64,000 bases of DNA, taken from contig OZ253376.1 in the NCBI GenBank assembly GCA_965261005.1, forward strand, positions 247,558 to 311,557. The letters are read 5' to 3'. The position numbers were made by a program, and so were the translations under genes. Source of the stretch: Deinococcus sp. GTDB taxonomy: Bacteria > Deinococcota > Deinococci > Deinococcales > Deinococcaceae. The notes under the pieces are model-generated. The model searched no databases, was not told the DNA's origin, and saw only the letters and a program-made list of their open reading frames with translations. Of the stretch, positions 19,474-28,701 are shown in pieces (the first letter of the stretch is position 1; each line of letters starts with the position of its first letter).

Positions 19474-20457
19474 ATGAACAGGAAGAAGATCGCACTGCTC
19501 AGCCTCGCCGCCGTCACCGCCGCCCTCGCCCAGACCGTCAGCACCAAGCTGGACAAGAACGGCCACGCCATGCCGGTAACCCAGGCGGCCAAGAAGCCGC
19601 TGAAAATCGCCGTGATCGGCCTGGAGAACAACCCCTTCTGGACCCCCGTCAAGGAGGGCGCCCAGGCGGCGAACGCCGAACTCAAGAAGCTGAATGCCCG
19701 CGTGGACTGGATCGTGCCGGCGCAGGACTTCGACGCCCGCGCCTTCGGACAGGCCATTCAGACCGCCGTAACTCAGCAGTACGACGCCATCGCCACCATC
19801 GCTCCCAACGAGGGCGTCATCCCCTTCATCGACGCCGCCGTCAAGGCGGGCGTTCCGGTGGCGACGTTCAACAGCGAGACCAACGGCAAGAGCGCCCGGC
19901 TCTTCTTCGTGGGCCAGGACCTGTTCGCGGCGGGCAAGGTGGCGGGGCAGACCATGTGCAAGGCCATCGGCAACAAGGGCAAGGTCGGCGTGATCACCGG
20001 CTTCCTGACCGTCGAAGCGCACGAGTTGCGCCGCACCGGCTTCCTGGAAGGACTCAAGGCCTGCCCCGCCGTCAAGGTCGTCGGCACCACCGAGAACCAC
20101 GATCAGGGGACGGAGGCCTACACCATCGCCAAGAACTACCTGACGGCCAACCCGGACCTTGCGGGCATCTACGTCACGGCGGGCGGTCCCTTCGGGGCGG
20201 GTCAGGCCGTGCGCGAGTCGAAGAAGAACGTCAAGGTGGTGTCCTTTGACTTCGTGGACGAGACGATGCGCGAGGTCAGCCAAGGCGGCATCTACGCCAC
20301 CATCGGTCAGGACCCCTACGCGCAGGGCCACGACCCGGCCATCCGGCTCTATAACCTGCTGGTGGCGGACGTCAAACCAGAAAGCGCCAAGCTGTTTACC
20401 AAGGCCGACGTGGTGACCAAGGCGAACCTGAGCAGTTTCTGGAAGCCCAAGCAATAA
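19474..20457 (+). CDS. Monosaccharide ABC substrate-binding protein
   Basis: Signal peptide; NNPFW, VGQD, ATIGQDPYAQG. Confidence 0.9.
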   Translation: MNRKKIALLSLAAVTAALAQTVSTKLDKNGHAMPVTQAAKKPLKIAVIGLENNPFWTPVKEGAQAANAELKKLNARVDWIVPAQDFDARAFGQAIQTAVTQQYDAIATIAPNEGVIPFIDAAVKAGVPVATFNSETNGKSARLFFVGQDLFAAGKVAGQTMCKAIGNKGKVGVITGFLTVEAHELRRTGFLEGLKACPAVKVVGTTENHDQGTEAYTIAKNYLTANPDLAGIYVTAGGPFGAGQAVRESKKNVKVVSFDFVDETMREVSQGGIYATIGQDPYAQGHDPAIRLYNLLVADVKPESAKLFTKADVVTKANLSSFWKPKQ

Positions 20458-20491
20458 GGTCAAGCCCAGCGCCAGCAGCCTTTTGGATAAG

Positions 20492-20531
20492 GACGTCACC
20501 GGAATGCTGGTTTCCGGTGATCGTCTTTTTT
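20492..20531 (+). terminator. Intrinsic terminator-like hairpin after SBP gene
   Basis: GACGTCACCGGAA...TTCCGGTGATCGTC followed by T6. Confidence 0.65.
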
Positions 20532-20601
20532 AGAGAGCCAGACCATTGCGATAGGGAGGTCTACACGCCCTCCCGCCTGAAGCCCACACGCGGAGCAACC
20601 G

Positions 20602-22113
20602 ATGACCGATACCACTGGTACACCTTCCGAACCGTCCCCACCCATTCTGACCATGCGCGGGGTCACCAAGAGTTTCGGCGGCGTGGCCGCCCTGCGCGCG
20701 GGCCGCATCGAGGTGCGGGCGGGCGAGGTGCACGCCCTGATGGGGGAAAATGGGGCTGGAAAAAGCACGTTGATGAACGTTCTGGCCGGGGTTGTCCGGC
20801 GCGACGGCGGAGAGGTGCGGTGGCTCGGCCAGCCCTTCGACCCGCGCACACCGGTGGACTCGCAGCGCGCGGGCATCAGCATGATTCACCAAGAGCGGAC
20901 CGTGATGCCGCACCTGAGCGTGGCCGAGAATCTCCTGATGGCTCACCTGCCCGCTTCGCGCGGCGTCGTGCGGCAGGGGGAGATGCGGCGGCGGGCACGT
21001 GACCTGCTGGAGCGCGTGGGCCTGAACTTCGGGCCGGACCGGAACGTGTCCACGCTCTCCACCGCAGAACGTCAGCTCCTTGAGATCGCCCGCGCCCTGG
21101 GGGCGGACGCCCGGCTGATCATCATGGACGAACCCAATTCGAGCCTGACCCCCAGCGAGAGTCAGCTCCTGTTCTCGGCCATCGAGCGCCTGAAAGCGCA
21201 GCAGATCGCGGTGGTGTACGTCTCTCACCGCCTGCCGGATGTCCTGAGGCTCGCGGACCGGGTCACGGTGATGCGCGACGGGCAGTACATCGGCACGCTG
21301 GACCAGGGCGAGGCGTCCGGCGACACCCTGGTCACCATGATGGTCGGACGTGAACTGGCCCGGCGTGAACGCCGGACGCGGACGCCCGGCGAGGTCGTGC
21401 TGCAAGTCGATGACCTGAGCTGCCCGCCCCTGACCCACCACGTCAGCTTCGAGCTGCGCGCGGGCGAGGTGCTGGGTCTGGCGGGCCTGGTAGGCGCGGG
21501 CCGCTCGGAGCTGGCCCAGGTGCTGTTCGGCCTGACGCCGGCGACCTCGGGCCGCATCGTGCTGAACGGGCAGCCTGTCGTCGTCCGCAGCCCGGAACAG
21601 GCCATGCATCTCGGCATCGGCATGGTGCCCGAGGACCGCCGCGACCTGGGCCTGTTCCCGGAGCTGAGCGTGCGGCAAAACCTGACCCTGGCCGCCTTGC
21701 CACGGCTGTCACGCAGCGGCGTCCTGATGAGCAACGCCGAGCGCGACATGGTCGGGCAGTTCACCGAACAGCTCCGCATTCGCACGCCGCACGCCGAGCA
21801 GGCGGTTTCGGCCTTGTCGGGCGGCAACCAGCAGAAGGTGGTCCTGGCCCGCAGCTTGTCCCTGAAACCGCGCGTCCTGATCCTCGACGAGCCGACCCAC
21901 GGGGTGGACGTGGGGGCCAAGGCGGAAATCTACGCGTTGATGGACGACCTGGTCGCCGGAGGCGTGGCGATCCTGCTGATCTCCTCGGACCTCGAGGAAC
22001 TGATGCAGCTGTCGGACAGGGTGCTGGTCATGCGGGAGGCCCGGATCGTGGGAGAAGTTGGGGCTGAGGAGTTTTCCGAAGACCGCATCATCGGTCTGGC
22101 CGTGAGCGCCTGA
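20602..22113 (+). CDS. Monosaccharide ABC ATPase (RbsA-like, two domains)
   Basis: GENGAGKST, MDEP, LSGGNQQK, LDEPTHGVDVGAK. Confidence 0.94.
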   Translation: MTDTTGTPSEPSPPILTMRGVTKSFGGVAALRAGRIEVRAGEVHALMGENGAGKSTLMNVLAGVVRRDGGEVRWLGQPFDPRTPVDSQRAGISMIHQERTVMPHLSVAENLLMAHLPASRGVVRQGEMRRRARDLLERVGLNFGPDRNVSTLSTAERQLLEIARALGADARLIIMDEPNSSLTPSESQLLFSAIERLKAQQIAVVYVSHRLPDVLRLADRVTVMRDGQYIGTLDQGEASGDTLVTMMVGRELARRERRTRTPGEVVLQVDDLSCPPLTHHVSFELRAGEVLGLAGLVGAGRSELAQVLFGLTPATSGRIVLNGQPVVVRSPEQAMHLGIGMVPEDRRDLGLFPELSVRQNLTLAALPRLSRSGVLMSNAERDMVGQFTEQLRIRTPHAEQAVSALSGGNQQKVVLARSLSLKPRVLILDEPTHGVDVGAKAEIYALMDDLVAGGVAILLISSDLEELMQLSDRVLVMREARIVGEVGAEEFSEDRIIGLAVSA

Positions 22114-22127
22114 AGCCAAACTGGTTT

Positions 22128-22380
22128 TAATACGGATTCCGCTTCCTTCCTCAACATCGGGAAAAACGCCTGATGTTGCTCCAGACTGTAGAATCCGTAT
22201 CCTTTTCCCATCCTTTCCACTGGAAACTGAGTCAACGAAGTTGACTCAGTTTCCGGAATCCGTATTTTCTTATCCTCGCTCCGCGTCTTCTTGGCCAAAA
22301 TAGCGCCCGTCTTGGGCAGAACGGCGCCTTCCGGGCCTGCCCGCTCGGATTCGTCTTCGACTCATCTTAAGTTCGTATCA
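22128..22380. repeat. Long mosaic SNR/MITE-like element
   Basis: ATACGGATTCCG left end, palindrome GGAAACTGAGTCAACGAAGTTGACTCAGTTTCC, 3' ~120 bp closely similar to 42721-42858, ending TTCGTATCA. Confidence 0.8.
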
Positions 22381-22391
22381 CTTTGCCCACT

Positions 22392-23432
22392 TCAACGGGT
22401 CAGCGTCACCTTGTGCAGCGAGGGCGGGGCGTCGGGGTCGAGGCCGCGCGCCAAGGCGAGGTGGCCGGCCAGCAGGTACAGCGCCAAAATGGAGGCGGCC
22501 GGGTCGGTCAGGCGGTGGCCGGACGGCGGGGTCAGCAGCCGCACCGGCGCGGTGAGCGGGGCGTCGGCGCCGATCAGGAGCAGCTCGGCCTGCTTTTTCT
22601 CCAGGTCCCGGTAAGTCTCCAGCGTCAGGGGCGCCGCCGCGTCGCGCGACTGAAAGGCGACGATAGGAAAGCCGCTCTCCACGATGCGCACCGGGCCGTG
22701 CGCGAACTCGGCGCTGGAGTAGGCCTCGGCCAGGATGGCGCAAGTTTCCTTGAGCTTGAGGGCCGCCTCCAGCGCCACGCCGAAGTGCAGCCCGCGCCCC
22801 AACACGACCATCTGCCGCGCGTAGCGGTAGCGCTCGGCACGCTCACGGGCGGTCGGTTCGGTGTGCAGGGCCAGTTGAAGCGTTTCCGGCAACCGTTCGA
22901 GGGCGCCGTCCAGCGCCGGGTCCGGCCGCAACTGGGCGATCAGCTGCCAAGCTGCAACCAAGCTGGCGACAAAGCTCTTGGTGGCCGCGACGGCTTGCTC
23001 CTCGCCCGCGCGCAACGGCAGCACGAACTCGGCCGCCTTTGCCAGCGGCGAGTCCTCCACGTTGACCAAAGCGACCGTCAGCGCCCCGGCCCCCCGCGCC
23101 GCCGCCACCGTCTCCACCACGTCCGGCGAGGCGCCCGACTGCGAGATGGCCACGACCAGGGCGCCGTCCAGCGCGAGGGGCTGACCATAGACCGTCGTGA
23201 CCGACGGGGCGGCCCCCGCCACCGGCAAGCCGAGCTGGGTCTCCAGGGCGTACTTGAGGACGCCCGCGGCGTGGTCGCTCGAACCACGCGCCACGGTCAT
23301 GGCGAAGCGCGGCGGACGCGCCGCGATGGCCCGCGCCACCTCCCGCACCATGCCGGCGTTTTCGCGCAGCAGGCGCTCCACGATTCGTGGCGTCTCGCGG
23401 GTCTCTTGCAGCATCAGCGGGTCCATTGTCAC
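22392..23432 (-). CDS. SIS-domain glucosamine-6-phosphate deaminase (GlmD/NagB-II type)
   Basis: ARGSSDHA, ISQSGAS, AVAATKSF, EAALKLKET, EFAHGP, LHKVTLTR. Confidence 0.88.
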   Translation of the reverse strand: MTMDPLMLQETRETPRIVERLLRENAGMVREVARAIAARPPRFAMTVARGSSDHAAGVLKYALETQLGLPVAGAAPSVTTVYGQPLALDGALVVAISQSGASPDVVETVAAARGAGALTVALVNVEDSPLAKAAEFVLPLRAGEEQAVAATKSFVASLVAAWQLIAQLRPDPALDGALERLPETLQLALHTEPTARERAERYRYARQMVVLGRGLHFGVALEAALKLKETCAILAEAYSSAEFAHGPVRIVESGFPIVAFQSRDAAAPLTLETYRDLEKKQAELLLIGADAPLTAPVRLLTPPSGHRLTDPAASILALYLLAGHLALARGLDPDAPPSLHKVTLTR

Positions 23433-24529
23433 GCGATTCTCTCTCCCTTCACCCAGACCTCGCTCACCGTCAGGTCCGGGTCCAGCACCACCAAGTCGGC
23501 CCGCAGCCCTACCCCCAGCCGGCCACGGTCGCGCAGGCCCAGGTAGCGGGCCGGCACCTCGCCGAGCATCCGGGCGGCCCCTTCCAGCGGCAAGCCGCAC
23601 CCGACGGCGTTTCTGAGGGCGGCGTCCAGCGTGAGCACGCTGCCCGCCAAGCCGCCGTTCTCCAGCGTGGCCCGCCCGTTCTGCACGCTCACCTTCTGCC
23701 CGCCCAGCTCGCTCTCTCCGTCCCCCAGCCCCGCCGCGCGCATGGCGTCGGTGATCAGCAGCAGCCGCTCTCCCAGCGCGGCGTGGGCGCTCAAGAACGA
23801 GCCGGGGTGGACGTGGTGAAGGTCGAGGATCAGCTCGGCGTACCCGTGCGGGTCCGAAAGAACCGCCCCGACCATGCCCGGCTCGCGCCCGCTCAGGCCG
23901 CCCATCGCGTTGTAGAGGTGGGTCGCGCCGTGGATACCGCCCGCAGCGCGCACGACCTCCATCGCCGCCCGCGCCCCCTGATATGTCGCGGCGGTGTGGC
24001 CCAGGCTGACCCGCACGCACGCCCGCGCAAATTGGCGGGCAGCCTCTGGGGCGCACTCGATCTCGGGCGCCAGGGTCACGACCCGCACGACGTCCAGCGC
24101 CAGCACCCCCGCCACGCGCTCATCCGTCGGAATCAAGGCGTGCGGCGGCTGCGCGCCGAGCTTGTGCGGGCTGATAAAGGGGCCTTCCAGGTGGGCGCCC
24201 AGCACGTCGGCGCCATCCCTTACCCCGCGCGAACGGACCTCGGCCACCCCGTGCAGGGCGGCGAGCACGTCCGGCCACGGGGCGGTGATGGTGGTCGGCA
24301 GCAAGCTGGTGGTGCCGTGCCGGGCGTGAAAGCGCGCGAGGGTGTTCACGCCCCCCGGGCCGTCCATGCTGTCCCCGCCGCCGCCGCCGTGAACGTGAAC
24401 GTCGATAAAGCCGGGCAGGATGAACCGATCCGGCGCCGAACCGGGTTCGACACCCTCGATGACTTCCCCAAAGCTCAAGGCGCCGCCCACAAAACCCCCT
24501 GGCGTCAACACCTGCCCGGCCAGCCTCAC
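23429..24529 (-). CDS. nagA: N-acetylglucosamine-6-phosphate deacetylase
   Basis: PGFIDVHVHGGGG, HLEGPFI, THLYNAM, ITDAM, LAGS. Confidence 0.94.
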   Translation of the reverse strand: MRLAGQVLTPGGFVGGALSFGEVIEGVEPGSAPDRFILPGFIDVHVHGGGGGDSMDGPGGVNTLARFHARHGTTSLLPTTITAPWPDVLAALHGVAEVRSRGVRDGADVLGAHLEGPFISPHKLGAQPPHALIPTDERVAGVLALDVVRVVTLAPEIECAPEAARQFARACVRVSLGHTAATYQGARAAMEVVRAAGGIHGATHLYNAMGGLSGREPGMVGAVLSDPHGYAELILDLHHVHPGSFLSAHAALGERLLLITDAMRAAGLGDGESELGGQKVSVQNGRATLENGGLAGSVLTLDAALRNAVGCGLPLEGAARMLGEVPARYLGLRDRGRLGVGLRADLVVLDPDLTVSEVWVKGERIA

Positions 24530-25416
24530 TTGACCGCCCCCTCCAAGCCGCGCATAAAGAACTTCTGCGCCGCCACGAAGATCAACAGCACCGGCAGCAT
24601 CATGAACAAACTGCCCGCCGCGACGTTGAAGGGGTCGTAGTTGAACTGTCCCTTCAGCTTGAGGACCGCGACGCTGAGGGGCGCCAGGTTCGGCGCCGTG
24701 CTGAGGACCAGCATCGGCCAGAAGTAAGCGTTCCAGGCCGCGACCAGGGTGATGATGCCCAGGGCGATCTGCGAGGGCACCGTCAGCGGCAACATCACCC
24801 GCCACAGAATCTGGGTCTCGCTCGCCCCGTCGAGCCGCGCCGCCTCCAGCAGCGCCCCCGGCACCGTCAGAAACGCTTGGCGCATCAAAAAGATGCCAAA
24901 GGCGCTGGCGACGCCCGGCAGCACCACGCCGAGGTGGGTGCCCAGCAGGTGCAGCTTTTGCAGCGTGAGCGTGTTGACGATGAAGTTGGTCTCGGTCGGC
25001 AGCACCAAGGTGGCGATGATGACGCCGAACAGAATGTTCTTGCCGGGAAAGCGGAAGCGCGCGAGGGGATAGGCCGCCAAGGACGAGATCAGCAGCGTGC
25101 CGACAATGGTCATGGCCGTGATCGAGACGCTGTTCCAGACGTACTTGCCGAGGCTGAAGGTGTGGAAGACCTCGGCGAAGTTGTCGAAAGTGACGCGCTT
25201 CGGAAACAGGCTCGCCGGGAAGTCGTAGATGCTGACGCCGCCGGTCGCCCCCTTGTCGGTCAGGGCGATGGCCAGCGTCCAGACGAAGGGAAAGATCGCG
25301 AAAATCAGGATAAGAGAGAGCAGCGCGTACTGGCCGAGGGTGCCCAGTCCCCTGCGCAGCCGCCGGTTCGGGCGCCGTGCGGCCCCCGCGCGCGCGCGCT
25401 CCAAAGTCGCGCTCAC
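24526..25416 (-). CDS. Carbohydrate ABC permease (MalG-like)
   Basis: LEAARLDGAS EAA loop; TM helices. Confidence 0.92.
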   Translation of the reverse strand: MSATLERARAGAARRPNRRLRRGLGTLGQYALLSLILIFAIFPFVWTLAIALTDKGATGGVSIYDFPASLFPKRVTFDNFAEVFHTFSLGKYVWNSVSITAMTIVGTLLISSLAAYPLARFRFPGKNILFGVIIATLVLPTETNFIVNTLTLQKLHLLGTHLGVVLPGVASAFGIFLMRQAFLTVPGALLEAARLDGASETQILWRVMLPLTVPSQIALGIITLVAAWNAYFWPMLVLSTAPNLAPLSVAVLKLKGQFNYDPFNVAAGSLFMMLPVLLIFVAAQKFFMRGLEGAVK

Positions 25417-26315
25417 GAGTGCGCCCCCGCGTCACGGAAGAAGCGGAAGTTGAGCGCCGACAGCAGCAGCGCCACCAAGGCCACGACCAGCCCCGCCGCC
25501 GAGGCGAGGCCGTAGTCGAAGTTAAAGCCCTGAAAGGCCTTGCTGTACACGTACATCAGCGCGGTGTAGGTGGAGTTGAGCGGCCCGCCGTTCGTCAGCA
25601 CCAGAATTTCTTCCAAGGCGCGCACGGCGGAGATGGTGGACAGCAGGCTGCACAGCAGAATGGTCGGCCGCATCATCGGCACGGTCACGCGCCAAAAGAC
25701 CTGCCACTTGGTCGCGCCGTCGAGGCGGGCCGCCTCTTCAAGCTCTGAGGGAATGCTTTGCAGCCCGGCCAGGTACAGCACCATGTAGTAGCCGAGGCCG
25801 CGCCAAAAGGTGACCAGCAAAATGGCGTAAAAGGCGGTGTCGGGGTTGTCGAGCCAGCCGAAGGTTTGGTTCGGGCGCAGGATGTGCAGGCCGGTCAGCA
25901 GCCAGTTGAGGGTGCCGTTCTTGTCGTAGACCCAGTTCCACATCACGGCTGCCAGCGAGATGGACGTGACGACCGGCACGTAGAACGCCCCGCGAAAAAA
26001 GGCGATGCCCGGCAGCGAGCGGTTCACCAGCACCGCCGCCGCCAGCGAGGCCAGTTGTAGGGCCGGCACCACCAGCAGGTAGCGCACTGAGTTCCACAGC
26101 CCGGTCAGAAAGAGGGGATCGCGCGCCAAGGTGTAAAAGTTAGCCAGCCCGACGAACTTGGGCGGCAAGCCCTGCCCGAAGCGTGCCCCGTTGTACTCGG
26201 TGAGGCTCAGGTAGGTGCCGCGCAGCATCGGGTAAAAGGTGAACAGCGTCAGCAGAATCAGCGCCGGCGCCAAAAAGGCGTAGGAGACCAGGGCGTCCCG
26301 CGTCGAGGACCTCAT
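25413..26315 (-). CDS. Carbohydrate ABC permease (MalF-like)
   Basis: LAGLQSIP..EEAARLDGA. Confidence 0.92.
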   Translation of the reverse strand: MRSSTRDALVSYAFLAPALILLTLFTFYPMLRGTYLSLTEYNGARFGQGLPPKFVGLANFYTLARDPLFLTGLWNSVRYLLVVPALQLASLAAAVLVNRSLPGIAFFRGAFYVPVVTSISLAAVMWNWVYDKNGTLNWLLTGLHILRPNQTFGWLDNPDTAFYAILLVTFWRGLGYYMVLYLAGLQSIPSELEEAARLDGATKWQVFWRVTVPMMRPTILLCSLLSTISAVRALEEILVLTNGGPLNSTYTALMYVYSKAFQGFNFDYGLASAAGLVVALVALLLSALNFRFFRDAGAHS

Positions 26316-26344
26316 CGCTTCCTCCAAGAAAAAGGGGTGAAAAG

Positions 26345-26386
26345 CTCCCCTCTCCCCGTGCGGGAGAGGGGTCGGGGGTGAGGGGG
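26345..26386. repeat. REP-like element CCCCTCTCCC..GGGAGAGGGG..GGGGGTGAGGGG
   Basis: Palindrome between SBP and permease; related copy at ~54120-54176. Confidence 0.55.
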
Positions 26387-26435
26387 CCACCGTTTTCGGT
26401 CCAACCGGCCAGCCTCCGACTTGTCAGCCTCCGGC

Positions 26436-27692
26436 TTACTTCGCGTTGGTGTTCCAGTAAGCGACCGCGTCGTTTAGCGCCTGCTGGGCGGTCTTCTTGC
26501 CGAGAACCGCCGCCTCGACGTTGTCGTTGAAGTTCTTGTAGATGTCGTCGGAGTTCTTGGGGGCGCTCCAGCCGGGATTGATCAGGCGGCCCGACGCGCC
26601 AATCATGCTGGTCGCTTGGGCGATGGGGTCGCCGCCCTTTTGCTTGAAGAAGGGGTCACCCTGCGCGGCCTTGGTCGTCGGCACCACTGGCACGACCTTG
26701 GCAAAGGCGATCTGGTTGGCGTTGTTGGTGATAAAGGCCGCGAACTTGGCCGCCTCGGCGGGATGCTTGGAGGCGGTCGGAATCACCAACCCCATGCTGC
26801 CGCCGGTCTGGCGGTTCGCCCGCCCCAGCGGCGCGTCGGCGAGGCCCACCTTGGCGTAGAGGTCCGCGTTGTTGTCCTTGATGCGCGTCAGCGCCTGCGG
26901 CCCGCCGATGATCATGGCGGCCTTGCCCTGGCCGTACAGCTCGGTGGCGACTTGGAACGCCTCGCGGCGCAGCGAGTCCTGCGGGGCGTAGCCGGCCTTG
27001 TAGTAGTCCACGTACTGTTGCAGCAGCGCGGCGTGCGCGGGCGTGTTGAAGGCGGCCTTGCCGCTGGCGTCGTAGATCGGCAGGCCGTCCTCGTAGAAGT
27101 AGCCCAGGAACGAGGCGGTGTTGGGGTCTTTGTAGGCGGGCACCCAGCCGTAGGCGCCGGTCTTGTCCTTGATGATCTTGGCGGCGCTCATCAGTTCGCT
27201 GAGCGTTTTCGGCGTGCCGCTCAGGCCGGCCTTTTTGAAGAGGTCGGGGTTGTACAGCAGCACCCCCTCGTTGAGCCAGCCGTACCACGGGTAGGCGTAG
27301 GTCTTGCCGCCGGTCGTGAAGTTGGTGAGCGCGTTGGGGTAGTAGGTGTTCTTGAGCGCGGTCTGGCTGGTCAGGGTACCGACGGGACGCAAAAAGCCGT
27401 TCTGGGCGGCCTTGGCGGTCTCGTCGATGTTGAGGTTGACCACGTCGGGCGCGTTGCCGAGGTTCACGCTGGCGATGAAGTCCTGCACCATCGAGTCCTG
27501 CTTGTCAAACCAGTTGACCTTGATGTTCGGGTTCTGCTTCTCAAAGGCGGCGATGGTGTCCCTCAGATAGCCGTCGAACTTGGGGCTGAGGTACCACGAC
27601 CAGAAGGTGATCTCGGTCGGCTTTTGGGCGAAGGCGAGGGTGGCCCCCAGGGCGAGGGTGAGCGCGAGCGTCCGTTTCATGCCTGATTTCAT
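26436..27692 (-). CDS. Carbohydrate ABC substrate-binding protein (family 1)
   Basis: Signal peptide; EITFWSW, APDVV, YAYPWY, LLYNPDLFKKAG. Confidence 0.92.
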   Translation of the reverse strand: MKSGMKRTLALTLALGATLAFAQKPTEITFWSWYLSPKFDGYLRDTIAAFEKQNPNIKVNWFDKQDSMVQDFIASVNLGNAPDVVNLNIDETAKAAQNGFLRPVGTLTSQTALKNTYYPNALTNFTTGGKTYAYPWYGWLNEGVLLYNPDLFKKAGLSGTPKTLSELMSAAKIIKDKTGAYGWVPAYKDPNTASFLGYFYEDGLPIYDASGKAAFNTPAHAALLQQYVDYYKAGYAPQDSLRREAFQVATELYGQGKAAMIIGGPQALTRIKDNNADLYAKVGLADAPLGRANRQTGGSMGLVIPTASKHPAEAAKFAAFITNNANQIAFAKVVPVVPTTKAAQGDPFFKQKGGDPIAQATSMIGASGRLINPGWSAPKNSDDIYKNFNDNVEAAVLGKKTAQQALNDAVAYWNTNAK

Positions 27693-27733
27693 AACTGCCT
27701 CCTGTCGAGAACTTCTTGCCGAGAACTGCTTGC

Positions 27734-28609
27734 CTAAAACTTTTTTTCCACGACCGACTCGGCGGTCTTGCGGATGGTTTCGGTGGCCCCCGGGAGAAGA
27801 CCCAGCAGCGCCAGGTACAGCACTTCGAGCACCAGCACTTGGCTGGTGAGACTCGAAATGGCCCCGCCCGCCAGCGGTCCCTCGGGCGAGGCGGTGTAGA
27901 GCACCTCGCGGGCGAAGTGGGTGACGGGCGAGGAGGCGCGGTTGGTGATGGCGACGGTGTAGGCGCCGCGCTCGCCGGCCACCTTGAGGGCCTGCACGGT
28001 GTCAATGGTGCTGCCCGAGCGGGTGATGCCGATCAGCACGCCGCCTGGCGGCAGCGTGGCGGCCGAGACGGCGGCGACGTGGGGATCGGGATGTGAAAAG
28101 GCGGCCAGACCGACGCGCATCAGTTTGTGCGCGAAGAACTGCGCCGCGAGCGAGCTGCTGCCCTGCCCGGTCACGTCCACACGCGGCGCCCGCGCGACAG
28201 CCTGCGCGACGCGCAAGGCGGCCTCTGGATCGAGCGCGCGCCGCGTCTCTTCCAGGGCCGAGGTCGCCTGACGGGTCGCCTGCGCCGCGAGGTCGGCCAC
28301 GCCGTCCCCCTGCGGCCATTCCCCGCCCGCCGCGCCGGCGTAATCGAGGCTGGCGTGGTCGAGGGTCAGCGAGATCTTAAAGGCGTGAAAGCCCGGAAAG
28401 CCCAGCTTGTGGCACAGCCGCGTGACGGTCGCCTCACCCACCCCGACCGCGTCGGCGAGTTCGGTGATGGTCTGGTACACGACGCTTTCGGGATGCTCCA
28501 GCACGTAATCGGTCACGCGCCTCAGGCTTGGCGACAAAAAATCCTGCCGCGCCCGCATGCGCCCGATGGCCCCGCCTGGCAAACTGGGTTGTGAGGGCGC
28601 GCTGGGCAA
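27734..28609 (-). CDS. RpiR/MurR-family regulator (HTH + SIS)
   Basis: TITELADAVGVGEATVTRLC..LGF.GF; ITRSGST; TTG start inferred from RBS. Confidence 0.9.
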   Translation of the reverse strand: MPSAPSQPSLPGGAIGRMRARQDFLSPSLRRVTDYVLEHPESVVYQTITELADAVGVGEATVTRLCHKLGFPGFHAFKISLTLDHASLDYAGAAGGEWPQGDGVADLAAQATRQATSALEETRRALDPEAALRVAQAVARAPRVDVTGQGSSSLAAQFFAHKLMRVGLAAFSHPDPHVAAVSAATLPPGGVLIGITRSGSTIDTVQALKVAGERGAYTVAITNRASSPVTHFAREVLYTASPEGPLAGGAISSLTSQVLVLEVLYLALLGLLPGATETIRKTAESVVEKKF

Positions 28610-28645
28610 GCTGAACCTTTCCGGTGGGGCAATAAATATTTGGTT

Positions 28646-28701
28646 AAGCCTAGGCGCTAAAAACAATTTTTGCAAGTGGGAAATTTTGAGATAAAAATTT
28701 T
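28646..28701 (-). promoter_or_regulatory. Promoter and AT-rich candidate RpiR operators
   Basis: - strand TTGCAA-17-TAGGCT with repeated AAAA(N)TTTT tracts in otherwise GC-rich DNA. Confidence 0.5.
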
